Shown piece after piece: positions 8,989-18,748 of a stretch of DNA of 64,000 bases (position 1 is the first letter of the stretch; every line of letters starts with the position of its first letter). The position numbers were made by a program, and so were the translations under genes. This DNA comes from Candidatus Kapaibacteriota bacterium (lineage in GTDB: Bacteria; Bacteroidota; Ignavibacteria; Kapaibacteriales; Kapaibacteriaceae). Location of the stretch: assembly GCA_046595995.1 (NCBI GenBank), contig JBKJNB010000116.1, positions 44,744 through 108,743 on the forward strand, written 5' to 3'. Under the pieces are notes generated by a model. The model did no database searches. It had not been told where the DNA came from and saw only the letters and a list, made by a program, of their open reading frames with translations.

Positions 8989-9941
8989 TGAACCGCTACG
9001 AAGAACTCTTACTCGACCTTGTAAATACTGATGAACGCATCGTTGTACTCACAGCAGAGAACCGTGGTCACATGCGTACGTTGCCGACCCATCTTGGCAA
9101 GCGTTTCATGGATGTCGGCATTGCCGAGCAGACAATGATTGGTGTTGCTGCTGGTCTCGCATTGCGCGGACGCATCGTCCTTACACATGCCCTTGCGTGC
9201 TTTATTACGTTGCGTCCATTCGAGTTCATACGCGACGACGTAGGCATCCCCAATCTTCCAGTGATCATGGTCGGTATGGTGCCTGGTTTCCTTTCGGATG
9301 GGAATGGGCCAACGCACCAGGCCATTGATGATGTTGCGTTGATGCGCGGCATCCCCAACGTAGGCGTGTTCTGTCCGGCAGACGAAGATGACTTCATTAT
9401 CGGCATGCGCGACATCATTCTAAGTGGCAAGCCGTTTTACGTCCGTTACATCAACACGCCCGCTTACGTCGAACACGACAAGACTTTCGAGATTGGTAAA
9501 GCCGAAATTGTGAAGGGGCCTAAGAAGGGGCAGCGTGACGTTACCATCCTCACGTACGGACTCCTCTTAAAACAATCTGTGCAGGCAGCGGAGATTCTTG
9601 AATCGCATGGACTTGTCGTGCAAGTAGTGAACATGCGGACACTCAAGCCAGTGGACACCGACGCGATACTCGACGCTGCTCGAAGCAGCTCGCTTGTCGT
9701 TACGGTAGAAGATCACTTTAAGAACGGTGGGCTGTACTCGATTCTTGCCGATACCGTCCTCGACCGTGCAACACCATGCGCGGCACTGGCAATTGCGCTC
9801 GAGGAACGATGGTTCCGGCCAGCACTTCTCAACGATGTACTTGAATTCGAAGGTTTCACTGGCGAACAGATTGCTGTGCGTATTCAACGCGCACTTGAGC
9901 TTCAACCAAAGGACTCGTATGCCGAACTCCGTTTCTCTTAA
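8988..9941 (+). CDS. Transketolase, C-terminal (pyrimidine-binding/C-domain) subunit
   Basis: FMDVGIAEQTMIGVAAGLALRG...PGFLSDGNGPTHQAIDDVALMRGIPN is of COG3958 type. Its start overlaps the preceding stop (TAATG). Confidence 0.85.
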   Translation: MNRYEELLLDLVNTDERIVVLTAENRGHMRTLPTHLGKRFMDVGIAEQTMIGVAAGLALRGRIVLTHALACFITLRPFEFIRDDVGIPNLPVIMVGMVPGFLSDGNGPTHQAIDDVALMRGIPNVGVFCPADEDDFIIGMRDIILSGKPFYVRYINTPAYVEHDKTFEIGKAEIVKGPKKGQRDVTILTYGLLLKQSVQAAEILESHGLVVQVVNMRTLKPVDTDAILDAARSSSLVVTVEDHFKNGGLYSILADTVLDRATPCAALAIALEERWFRPALLNDVLEFEGFTGEQIAVRIQRALELQPKDSYAELRFS

Positions 9942-11271
9942 TCAAGACTATCCGGTTATTCACGAGTCTACAGCTCTGCTTCAGAGAGCAGAGGGCGGAG
10001 GCTTCATCCCATGCGCCACGCAGACGTTGGCCAAGGGTCCGGCTCAGAATGTTCGCGGCGTCGCTCCCGTTTATTTGCGGCGAGGCAAAGGCAGTCATGT
10101 TTGGGATGTAGATAATAACGAATACATCGACTACACAATGGGTGTAGGTCCGCTCTCACTGGGCTACGCTTTCGATGTTGTAGACGATGCAATTCGTGCG
10201 CAGCTCAACGATGGTATAACATTCTCCCTCATGCATCCATTGGAAGTTGAAGTCGCAGAGCTCATCCGCGAAGTCGTTCCGAACGTAGAGAGTGTGCGCT
10301 ACAGTAAGACAGGTTGTGATGTAACGACTGCAGCGGTTCGTCTTGCGCGCGCATACACGGGCAAGAACACGATTCTCTGCTGTGGCTACCATGGGTGGCA
10401 CGACTGGTACATCGGTGTTACCGATCGCAACAGAGGAGTACCAGAAGCGGTGCGCGGTCTTACCTATACGTTTAACTACAACGATATTGACAGCGTGTTG
10501 CAATCCATCGACGACGACACGGCCGCCATTATCCTAGAGCCAGTTGTTTTCGATCAGCCGAACGATGACTTCTTGCACGCACTCAGAAACGTGTGCGATG
10601 AGAAGGGCATACTCCTCATTTTCGACGAGATGTGGACGGGCTTTCGACTGGCGTTAGGTGGTGCTCAGGAGTATTTCGGCGTCCGTGCGGACCTCGCGTG
10701 CTTCTCTAAAGCCGTTGCCAATGGCATGCCGCTGAGCATACTATGCGGTCGTGCGGATGTCATGGCACTGCTTGAACACGATGTCTTTTTCTTCACGACA
10801 TTTGGCGGGGAAGCACTGTCACTCGCTGCCGCAAAGGCAACGATTAACTTCATGCGAGACAACGATGTCGTGGGCAAGCTTGCTACGAACGGTGCTAAAC
10901 TACGGGACGGATACAATGCAATAGCTGCAGAGTATGGCATCACATACACGCGTGCTAAGGGTTATCCATGTCGCAGCATTGTGGTGTTCGACGCATCGGC
11001 AGGAGACCCGTTGCTCATGAAGTCATATGTTCAGCAGGAAATGATTCGGCGCGGTATACTTTGGGGTGGCTTTCACAACATGTCGTATTCGCACACTGAC
11101 GCCGATATCGCACACACGCTTAGTGCTTATCGAGAAGTGCTACCGCTTCTCAAAGCGGCGGTAGAATCTGACTCGCTTCGCGCAGTTCTCCGCGGTGACG
11201 CTGTGGATGCGGTCTTCCGCAAAACCAGCAACTTCAACACGAAGCCCAAACGCAAAGGCGTATCCGCATGA
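9919..11271 (+). CDS. Class-III aminotransferase, glutamate-1-semialdehyde aminomutase (HemL)-like
   Basis: IPCATQTLAKGPAQNVRGVAPVYLRRGKGSHVWDVDNNEYIDY..GVGPLSLGY parallels the HemL N-terminus, with a PLP-fold length of about 450 aa. The only in-frame ATG before the conserved block is at 9919; the ORF track starts at 9727. Confidence 0.8.
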   Translation: MPNSVSLNQDYPVIHESTALLQRAEGGGFIPCATQTLAKGPAQNVRGVAPVYLRRGKGSHVWDVDNNEYIDYTMGVGPLSLGYAFDVVDDAIRAQLNDGITFSLMHPLEVEVAELIREVVPNVESVRYSKTGCDVTTAAVRLARAYTGKNTILCCGYHGWHDWYIGVTDRNRGVPEAVRGLTYTFNYNDIDSVLQSIDDDTAAIILEPVVFDQPNDDFLHALRNVCDEKGILLIFDEMWTGFRLALGGAQEYFGVRADLACFSKAVANGMPLSILCGRADVMALLEHDVFFFTTFGGEALSLAAAKATINFMRDNDVVGKLATNGAKLRDGYNAIAAEYGITYTRAKGYPCRSIVVFDASAGDPLLMKSYVQQEMIRRGILWGGFHNMSYSHTDADIAHTLSAYREVLPLLKAAVESDSLRAVLRGDAVDAVFRKTSNFNTKPKRKGVSA

Positions 11272-12080
11272 GTGTACTCGACCTATTTCGTCTGGATGGC
11301 AAAGTTGCAGTGGTAACAGGTGCAGCCGGACTGATCGGCACGCACCACTGTCAGGCGCTCGCCGATGCAGGCGCAATCGTCGTTGCATGTGATCTTGATG
11401 CGGGGGCTGCCGCGGACGTTGCGTCCACTCTAGGACCACCGCATCTCGGCAGGGGGCTCGACGTGACGAATCCTGGCTCATTGACTGCACTACGTGATGA
11501 GTTACTTCAACAGTATGGCGCCATCGACATCTTAGTGAATAACGCTGCTATCAATGACATGGTCGAAAGCCCAGCACTTGCCGCGGAACTATCAAAGTTT
11601 GAGAACTACCCACTTACGTTATGGAAACGTGTCTTAGATGTCAACGTTACTGGCGTCTATCTCTGTTGCCAGGTATTCGGTACTGTGATGGCCGAAGGTC
11701 GATCGGGCAGTATTGTAAACATTGCATCTACCTATGGTGTTGTTGCTCCCGATCAATCGATCTATCGCACACCCGACGGTGAGCAGCCGTTCTTTAAGAG
11801 TGCGGCGTATCCTGCGAGCAAAGGTGCTGTTGTGATGCTTACAAAATTCCTTGCGACATACTGGGGTAGCAAAGGCGTCCGAGTAAACACGTTATCTCCC
11901 GGCGGCGTTGAGAACAACCAGGCAGCACATTTCATCGAAAACTACTCTGCGAAAACGCCCCTTGGCCGCATGGCGGCCCCTTCCGACTACATGGGTGCAC
12001 TTGTCTTTCTTGCGAGCGATGCGTCGGCGTATATGACTGGACACAATCTACTTGTCGATGGCGGCTGGACCGCCTGGTAA
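11268..12080 (+). CDS. Classical short-chain dehydrogenase/reductase (FabG/PtmA-like)
   Basis: GKVAVVTGAAGLIG Rossmann motif, about 270 aa, with a C-terminus like ...NNAAIND....Y..SK.A. ATGA-coupled to the aminotransferase. Confidence 0.85.
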   Translation: MSVLDLFRLDGKVAVVTGAAGLIGTHHCQALADAGAIVVACDLDAGAAADVASTLGPPHLGRGLDVTNPGSLTALRDELLQQYGAIDILVNNAAINDMVESPALAAELSKFENYPLTLWKRVLDVNVTGVYLCCQVFGTVMAEGRSGSIVNIASTYGVVAPDQSIYRTPDGEQPFFKSAAYPASKGAVVMLTKFLATYWGSKGVRVNTLSPGGVENNQAAHFIENYSAKTPLGRMAAPSDYMGALVFLASDASAYMTGHNLLVDGGWTAW

Positions 12081-12109
12081 AAACAATTTCACTACTCAAG
12101 GCCACGAAC

Positions 12110-13012
12110 ATGAGCGACCGCATTGTCTCAGTAGGAAAACGCGCGATTGGCGATGGCCACCCAACGTACGTAATCGCTGAAATTGGCATCAACCACAATG
12201 GTTCGATCGACGTAGCCAAGCAGATGATTGCTGGTGCCGTAGAGGCCGGTGCCGATTGTGTGAAGTTTCAGAAGCGCACACCTGAGATGTGTGTGCCTCG
12301 CGATCAGTGGTTAATTGAACGTGATACGCCGTGGGGACGTATGACGTACATCGATTATCGATACAAAGTGGAATTCACTGCAGAACAGTACGCAGATATC
12401 GACAGGTATTGTAAGGCAAACTCAATTGACTGGACGGTCTCTTGTTGGGATGAAGGTGCAGTAGACTTCATGGAAGAGCACTTCAGCGTTCCGTTCTATA
12501 AGGCGGCGTCGGCATCGCTCACAGACCTGCCTCTTCTGCAACGCATGCAGGCATCTGGTAAGGCTCTAGTCATCTCGACTGGCATGTCGACGATGGATGA
12601 GATTACTCACGCAATCGACGCGCTCGACCGCGATCGCTTGCTCATAGCTCACGCAACGTCTACTTATCCATGTCCACCGGAAGAACTCAATCTTCGCATG
12701 ATCACGACACTGCGCGATCTGTATCCTGACATTCCAATAGGTTATTCGGGACACGAAACGGGTCTCGCAACGACGTGCGCTACAATTGCACTTGGCGCTG
12801 CCTTCATCGAGCGCCATATAACCCTCGACCGTGCGATGTGGGGAACTGACCAAGCAGCAAGTGTCGAGCTCGGCGGGCTATTACGTCTAGTACGAGATGT
12901 TCGTGACATCGAAACTGCGTTGGGTGATGGAATAAAGCGTGTCTATGACAGCGAAATGAGCTCGCGGACGAAGCTTCGTCGCGTACGCTCAACGAACGGC
13001 ATTCAGGCTTAA
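12110..13012 (+). CDS. NeuB/SpsE-family sialic-acid-type synthase (PEP-condensing TIM barrel) lacking the C-terminal SAF domain
   Basis: HPTYVIAEIGINHNGSIDVAKQMI is the NeuB-family N-terminal signature. At 300 aa it ends before where the antifreeze-like SAF domain normally lies. Confidence 0.85.
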   Translation: MSDRIVSVGKRAIGDGHPTYVIAEIGINHNGSIDVAKQMIAGAVEAGADCVKFQKRTPEMCVPRDQWLIERDTPWGRMTYIDYRYKVEFTAEQYADIDRYCKANSIDWTVSCWDEGAVDFMEEHFSVPFYKAASASLTDLPLLQRMQASGKALVISTGMSTMDEITHAIDALDRDRLLIAHATSTYPCPPEELNLRMITTLRDLYPDIPIGYSGHETGLATTCATIALGAAFIERHITLDRAMWGTDQAASVELGGLLRLVRDVRDIETALGDGIKRVYDSEMSSRTKLRRVRSTNGIQA

Positions 13013-13013
13013 C

Positions 13014-13841
13014 ATGATTGATTGGCTGACCAATGTATACGTGCAGAGTCCACTCACCTGGTGGACTTCATTCATCGTCGGTCTAGCTGCAGTACTTTTT
13101 GTTGTACTTGAACGCATAATCCCTTACACGAAGGGTCAGCGGTTACTTCGCGATGGTCTGATTAGCGATTTCTTCTGGTACTCTATCGTCCAGAATTATG
13201 TACTCGGTCTAGTGATTTTTGGTGCTATCGCGTACATCGATGAATTCACATCCATCGAACGGTGGACAGCCATTCGCAGTCTACCGATCGCAATGCAGTT
13301 GTTGATCGCCTTTGTCGTGCATGACTTCTACATTTACTGGTTTCATCGGTTTCAGCATGGTAGTCGCATATTCTGGCGCATTCACGAAGCGCATCACTCT
13401 ACGAGAGACGTCGACTGGCTCAGTGGCTCGCGATCACACTCACTGGAGATTCTAATTAACCAGACGGTAGAATTTGCGCCAATTGTTTTGTTGGCATCGC
13501 CGGAAGTCGCCATTCTTAAAGGTTGCGTCGATGCCGTATGGGGCATGTACATTCATTCAAACATTGACGTCCGATCAGGTGTGTTGCAGTATGTAATCAA
13601 TGGACCTGAAATGCATCGATGGCACCACGCAACGGACGACGATGCACACAACAAGAACTACTCTACGAAGCTTGCCATATGGGACTGGATGTTCGGTACT
13701 GCATACTTACCCCGTCGGCGTAAGCCGGAGGCATTCGGACTGGGCGATGAATTCCCGCGAAACTATTTCATGCAGCACGTCTACGCATTTCGAAAGTTTG
13801 AAGATGACGGAAACGCGAACGCTGCAAAATCCGGATCCTGA
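13014..13841 (+). CDS. Integral-membrane fatty acid hydroxylase / sterol desaturase superfamily di-iron enzyme
   Basis: His boxes HDFYIYWFHRFQH, HEAHHS and HRWHHATDDD, plus N-terminal TM helices. It starts 1 nt after the NeuB-like stop. Confidence 0.8.
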   Translation: MIDWLTNVYVQSPLTWWTSFIVGLAAVLFVVLERIIPYTKGQRLLRDGLISDFFWYSIVQNYVLGLVIFGAIAYIDEFTSIERWTAIRSLPIAMQLLIAFVVHDFYIYWFHRFQHGSRIFWRIHEAHHSTRDVDWLSGSRSHSLEILINQTVEFAPIVLLASPEVAILKGCVDAVWGMYIHSNIDVRSGVLQYVINGPEMHRWHHATDDDAHNKNYSTKLAIWDWMFGTAYLPRRRKPEAFGLGDEFPRNYFMQHVYAFRKFEDDGNANAAKSGS

Positions 13842-13995
13842 TTTATCCGGAGGAGCCGATCGTACTTGACCATGATTCTGTGGTAGACACGATCATAGTA
13901 TCCGACATACATCTCGGGTCGAGTGTGAGCAGAGGAAAGCGACTGCTCGAACTCAAACGGGAGAGATAACCTTACGGCAATGTTCATAAAAACAG

Positions 13996-16900
13996 TTACT
14001 GTTTTACGCAGGACTTATTACCGCTAGCACCGCAGCAGTTTTTAAATTTTTTGTTTGCGTCGAATGGGCATGGCTCATTGCGTCCGAACTCTCGTCCGGA
14101 GTTTCGCACAGTGGTTGCGCCCTGCGGGCCGTGTTCACCTGCGCCACCGCCAAGTGAACCCATGGTTGCCGACGCGGTAGGATGTGAGAACGTTAGGGAG
14201 CGCGATACACTGCTGGTGCGCATTTGGGGTAGTGCCGTTGCCACGCCACCATCTGCCGAAGCCGCTGCGTGTCCGTTATCACCAATCGCATCTGCGACTT
14301 GTGCGGGCTGAACTCTGCGTGGAGCTGATTGGGTCTGGCGTGATGCAGAAGGATAATATTTAAAGGCAAAGTTTACCGTAGCCTTATTGATATCCTTGAG
14401 CAATCCGAGAAAGATCTTGTATGCCTCTTGTTTGTATTCCAGGAGCGGATCTTTCTGGCCGTATGCACGCAGATAGATACCTTCTTTCAAATCGTCCATT
14501 GCACGCAAGTGTTCGCGCCATTGATCATCGATTGACTGCAATGAAGCAATACGTTCAAGCGCTGCCATGAATTCGTGGCCAAGACCTACTTCTTTTCTGT
14601 CGTAGTACTCAGTAGCCGCGCTGACAACCTTGTCTACAGCGCCATCCTTACTAAGCGACTGAAAGTCCTGCTCGCTCATCGGAAGATCGCAAAGTAGCGT
14701 GGCCCTAACAGCGTCGGTAAAGCCCCTTACATCGGAATCTGAGTGAAACTCAGCGTACCAATCTTCAGCCATTTCACGGATGTACTCGAAGAACTCGCCG
14801 CGGAGGCGATCACCCATCAAAGCATGTTTGCGTCGATCGTAGATAACCTCACGTTGCTGATTCATTACGTTGTCGTACTCGAGTAGCCGCTTACGCACAC
14901 CGAAGTTGTTTGACTCGACTTTCTTCTGGGCGTTGCCCACGCTCTTCGTCACTAAGGGGCTTTGAATGGGTTCGCCATCGGGCACCTTCAGTCGTTGCAT
15001 TACAGCTGCAATACGTTCACCACCAAACAATCGCATGAGGTCGTCTTCGAGCGAGATGAAAAACTGCGACGAACCTGGATCACCCTGGCGTCCGGCACGG
15101 CCGCGCAACTGACGATCGATGCGACGTGCTTCGTGGCGCTCCGTACCGATAATCGCAAGTCCGCCGGCTGCCTTAACATCAGGATCAAGTTTAATATCTG
15201 TACCACGTCCGGCCATGTTGGTAGCTATGGTTACGCTGGCCTTGCGACCTGCAGACTGCACGATCTCGGCTTCTCGTTGATGTTGTTTGGCATTGAGTAC
15301 GTTGTGTTGAACGTTTGCGCGCTTGAGCATCTTGCTCAAAAGCTCCGACACTTCAACGCTAGTTGTGCCCACAAGAACGGCCCGTCCACCGTTAATCTGT
15401 TCCTGAACGGCCTCGACCACGGCGTTATATTTTTCGCGTTTAGTGCGGTAGATCAAATCATCGAGGTCTTTACGTACCGCCTGACGGTTCGTCGGTATCA
15501 CCACGACATCGAGTTTATAGATTTCGAAAAACTCTGCCGCTTCTGTTTCTGCGGTCCCCGTCATGCCTGCGAGTTTGTGATACTGACGGAAGTAGTTCTG
15601 AAGCGTGATCGTAGCGAAGGTCTGAGTATCCTGCTCGACCATTACACCTTCTTTAGCCTCGATAGCCTGGTGCAGTCCGTCGGAATAGCGCCGACCTTCG
15701 AGAATACGACCAGTAAACTCGTCTACAATCTTGATTTTACCATCCTGCACGACATACTCGTCGTCTCGAACATAGAGGCTATAAGCACGAAGCAGCTGGT
15801 TGACGATGTGAATGCGATCCGAACGATCAGCGTACACTAGCATGAAGGCATCCTTCTTCAACGTCTTTTCTGCGACGCTGATGTTCTCGTCTCCTTCTAG
15901 GGCACTCATCTCCGTAGCCAAGTCGGGGATCACAAACATGTCTGGATCTTCTTGGCTCGAACACATTAGTTCGCGGCCTTTATCCGAAATATCTACCTGA
16001 TGGTTCTTCTCGTCTACTGTGAAGAACAGTTCGTCATCGATGATGGACATGCGCGTGCCCTGGTCTTTCAGGTGCTCGAGCTCAGTCTCTTTCAACAGTT
16101 TTAGGTTGTCTGGGTCCTGCAGCATTTTGGCAAGCTTGCTGTGTTTAGGCATGCCTCGGTGAGCGCGAAGCAATGCCATGCCTGCTTTGGTTTTGTCTTC
16201 TTTCGTGCCAGTGGTAAGTCCCTTTTCAGCTTCTGACACCAATGTATTCACAAGACGTGACTGCACGTCGATAAGGCGCTTCACGCGTGGGTTCATGTCA
16301 TCGAAGGCATGGTCTGTGCTGCCCGCGCCCACCGGACCCGATATGATAAGTGGCGTACGAGCCTCGTCTATGAGTACCGAGTCGACCTCATCCACCACTG
16401 CATACCAGTGTCCGCGTTGCACCATGTCAACCGATTCAGTAACCATATTATCACGTAAGTAATCGAATCCGAACTCATTGTTCGTACCGTACGTGATATC
16501 TGCATTGTATTCTGTCTTGCGTCCCTGAGGCGACATGTTCGATTGAATACAACCCGTGGTGACACCAAGGAAATCAAAGATCGGGTGCATCCACTCGCGG
16601 TCGCGTTTGGCGAGGTAGTCGTTCACGGTAACCAGGTGTACACCGCGTCCTGCAAGCGCGTTTAATATCATCGGTAGCGTGGCAACAAGTGTTTTACCTT
16701 CACCCGTGGCCATTTCCGCACCCTTGCCCTGATGAAGCACCACACCGCCAATGAGCTGCACGTCGTATGGGACCATGTCCCACGTTGCCTCGTGGCCTAC
16801 AACCACGTATTTGTGTCCAACAAGGCGTCGGCAGGTGTCTTTAACTAATGCATATACTTCAGGTAAGATCTCATCGAGCTTTGTGTGCGTAGCAACGAAA

Positions 16901-17187
16901 CGCTCGCGGTCGATGTCGTTTAGGCGTGCGTATGCATCCGATCGATCTGCATGCGTCATGTCTGCGTCATCGTGGAGTTGTAATCGAAGTGCCTCCTCCT
17001 CTTCTTTCAGGCCGCGAACATTCTCCTGAAGTTCCAACCGCAGGTCTACAATGCGCGCGCGAAGATCGTCATCGGACAATTCTTGAAGCGTCGCATACAC
17101 GCGATTGATTTCTTCAATCACTGGTACGATGAGCTTAACATCCTTGTCGTGCTTTGAACCAAAGATCTTCTGTATGAATTTCAACAT
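13996..17187 (-). CDS. secA: Preprotein translocase ATPase SecA
   Basis: 1063 aa with DEAD motor motifs (LAEMATGEGKTLVATLP, VNDYLAKRD) and a C-terminal Cys-rich zinc motif (CPFDANKKFKNCCGASG). Confidence 0.95.
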   Translation of the reverse strand: MLKFIQKIFGSKHDKDVKLIVPVIEEINRVYATLQELSDDDLRARIVDLRLELQENVRGLKEEEEALRLQLHDDADMTHADRSDAYARLNDIDRERFVATHTKLDEILPEVYALVKDTCRRLVGHKYVVVGHEATWDMVPYDVQLIGGVVLHQGKGAEMATGEGKTLVATLPMILNALAGRGVHLVTVNDYLAKRDREWMHPIFDFLGVTTGCIQSNMSPQGRKTEYNADITYGTNNEFGFDYLRDNMVTESVDMVQRGHWYAVVDEVDSVLIDEARTPLIISGPVGAGSTDHAFDDMNPRVKRLIDVQSRLVNTLVSEAEKGLTTGTKEDKTKAGMALLRAHRGMPKHSKLAKMLQDPDNLKLLKETELEHLKDQGTRMSIIDDELFFTVDEKNHQVDISDKGRELMCSSQEDPDMFVIPDLATEMSALEGDENISVAEKTLKKDAFMLVYADRSDRIHIVNQLLRAYSLYVRDDEYVVQDGKIKIVDEFTGRILEGRRYSDGLHQAIEAKEGVMVEQDTQTFATITLQNYFRQYHKLAGMTGTAETEAAEFFEIYKLDVVVIPTNRQAVRKDLDDLIYRTKREKYNAVVEAVQEQINGGRAVLVGTTSVEVSELLSKMLKRANVQHNVLNAKQHQREAEIVQSAGRKASVTIATNMAGRGTDIKLDPDVKAAGGLAIIGTERHEARRIDRQLRGRAGRQGDPGSSQFFISLEDDLMRLFGGERIAAVMQRLKVPDGEPIQSPLVTKSVGNAQKKVESNNFGVRKRLLEYDNVMNQQREVIYDRRKHALMGDRLRGEFFEYIREMAEDWYAEFHSDSDVRGFTDAVRATLLCDLPMSEQDFQSLSKDGAVDKVVSAATEYYDRKEVGLGHEFMAALERIASLQSIDDQWREHLRAMDDLKEGIYLRAYGQKDPLLEYKQEAYKIFLGLLKDINKATVNFAFKYYPSASRQTQSAPRRVQPAQVADAIGDNGHAAASADGGVATALPQMRTSSVSRSLTFSHPTASATMGSLGGGAGEHGPQGATTVRNSGREFGRNEPCPFDANKKFKNCCGASGNKSCVKQ

Positions 17188-17304
17188 GTACCGCTCAGAT
17201 TTGAATAGGCAATGGGCCGATGACGCACGTCGTGACCAACGATTGGTCTAGAGCCTTGCAAATTATCGTAATTTTAACGCCCCTCCAACCTCTAAGCCCC
17301 TTGC

Positions 17305-17562
17305 ATGGAAGCCCCCTCAAACGATCTCTATATCTACTCACCTGAGAACGTACACAGCCAGGCCGCGGATGCAGACGAACACTTGGGTTACAAGATCCTC
17401 AGCTTTTACGTCGATGACAGGGGGCAGCTAGCTAAGGGTTCAACACCGGAGCGTCGAACTTTCTACCTCTCACCTTCAGGCGGCACGTTGCGCGATGCCG
17501 ATTTGAACATCGTGGTATACAGTGCCAAATTTGATTTGTACAAAGGCTTCGGACGAGTATGA
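17305..17562 (+). CDS. Hypothetical small protein (85 aa)
   Basis: Its ORF stop overlaps the nifS ATG (ATGA). No recognisable motif, and coding status is uncertain. Confidence 0.35.
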   Translation: MEAPSNDLYIYSPENVHSQAADADEHLGYKILSFYVDDRGQLAKGSTPERRTFYLSPSGGTLRDADLNIVVYSAKFDLYKGFGRV

Positions 17563-18692
17563 TCTATTTTGACAACAGTGCGACGACGCGTCTGGACCCC
17601 GAGGTTCTCGATGCGATGTTGCCATGGCTTCGCAACGAGTATGGCAACGCATCCAGCATCTACAGCCTTGGCCGCCATGCGCGCGTAGCCGTCGAAGATG
17701 CCCGCAACGAACTAGCGGCACTTCTTAATGCCCATCCTGCCGAAGTGATTTTCACGAGTGGTGGCACCGAGTCGAACAACACCGTATTAAAGAGTTGCTG
17801 CTTTGAAAGCAGTCTAGTAACGCGCGTTGTGTGTGGTGCGACGGAACACCATGCCGTCCTCGAGCCCCTTGCCTGGCTTAGCCAAAAAGGCATACCAACC
17901 CGTATCCTGCCTGTTACCGCCAGCGGTAGGGTGGCGGCGAACACTGTGAGCGCCGAGAACATTGCAACGACCCTTATTAGCGTAATGCACGCGAATAACG
18001 AAACGGGCGTAGTGAATGACATTCCAAGTATTCGCGCTGCGGCACCCGACGCTCTACTTCATACCGATGCAGTACAATCATTTGGTAAAATTTCTGTAGA
18101 TGTACAAGCGCTTGCTGTTGACTTTTTGTCTCTTTCTGCGCACAAGATTCACGGCCCGAAGGGCGTGGGAGCGCTATTCATTCGCAAAGGGATCGACTTC
18201 AAAGCACATCAGCAAGGCGGAGCTCAGGAACGCAACCGCCGAGCCGGCACAGAACCTGTCGCGCTGATCATCGGATTTGCAGCCGCAGCACGAGCGGCGA
18301 TTACGCAAATGAAAGAGCGATCGGCTCATACGTCCGCTTTGATAGAAGTCCTCCGTGAACGCATCGCACGCTCAATTCCTGACGTGAACTTCAATACTCC
18401 AACTGAGGGTGTGCTGCCGAACGTGCTTAACGTTTCGTTTCCCGATGCCCAGACCTATGACGGCGATGCGGTCCTGCAAGGCATGGACTTGCGAGGTATT
18501 GCGGTATCGAATGGCAGCGCGTGCGTTTCTGGAAGTCTTCAGCCTTCACACGTGCTGCTAGCAATGGGTCGAGCCATCGAGGAGTCGCGAGCTGCTGTCA
18601 GGTTCTCGGTATCAAAGGAGACTACCCAGGAAGAGGTCGAAACCGGGGCTGCAATTTTAGCCGAGGTCCTCCGTGATTTGCGCTGTATCTGA
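17559..18692 (+). CDS. Cysteine desulfurase (NifS/IscS class-V aminotransferase)
   Basis: MIYFDNSATTRLDPEVLDAM...SGGTESNN plus ...SAHKIHGPKGVGALFIRKG (PLP-binding Lys) and SNGSACVSGS. Confidence 0.9.
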   Translation: MIYFDNSATTRLDPEVLDAMLPWLRNEYGNASSIYSLGRHARVAVEDARNELAALLNAHPAEVIFTSGGTESNNTVLKSCCFESSLVTRVVCGATEHHAVLEPLAWLSQKGIPTRILPVTASGRVAANTVSAENIATTLISVMHANNETGVVNDIPSIRAAAPDALLHTDAVQSFGKISVDVQALAVDFLSLSAHKIHGPKGVGALFIRKGIDFKAHQQGGAQERNRRAGTEPVALIIGFAAAARAAITQMKERSAHTSALIEVLRERIARSIPDVNFNTPTEGVLPNVLNVSFPDAQTYDGDAVLQGMDLRGIAVSNGSACVSGSLQPSHVLLAMGRAIEESRAAVRFSVSKETTQEEVETGAAILAEVLRDLRCI

Positions 18693-18748
18693 TTCATGCG
18701 ATATATTGTGTGTTGTAACACGCAATAATCATTACTAGGAGCATACTG

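Noticed and set aside
13842-13995. 155-bp convergent intergenic region with an AT-rich hairpin (aaaacag-tta-ctgtttt)
   Set aside because: Only a weak A/U stem. Probably just the shared 3' UTR and terminator region of the hydroxylase and secA genes.
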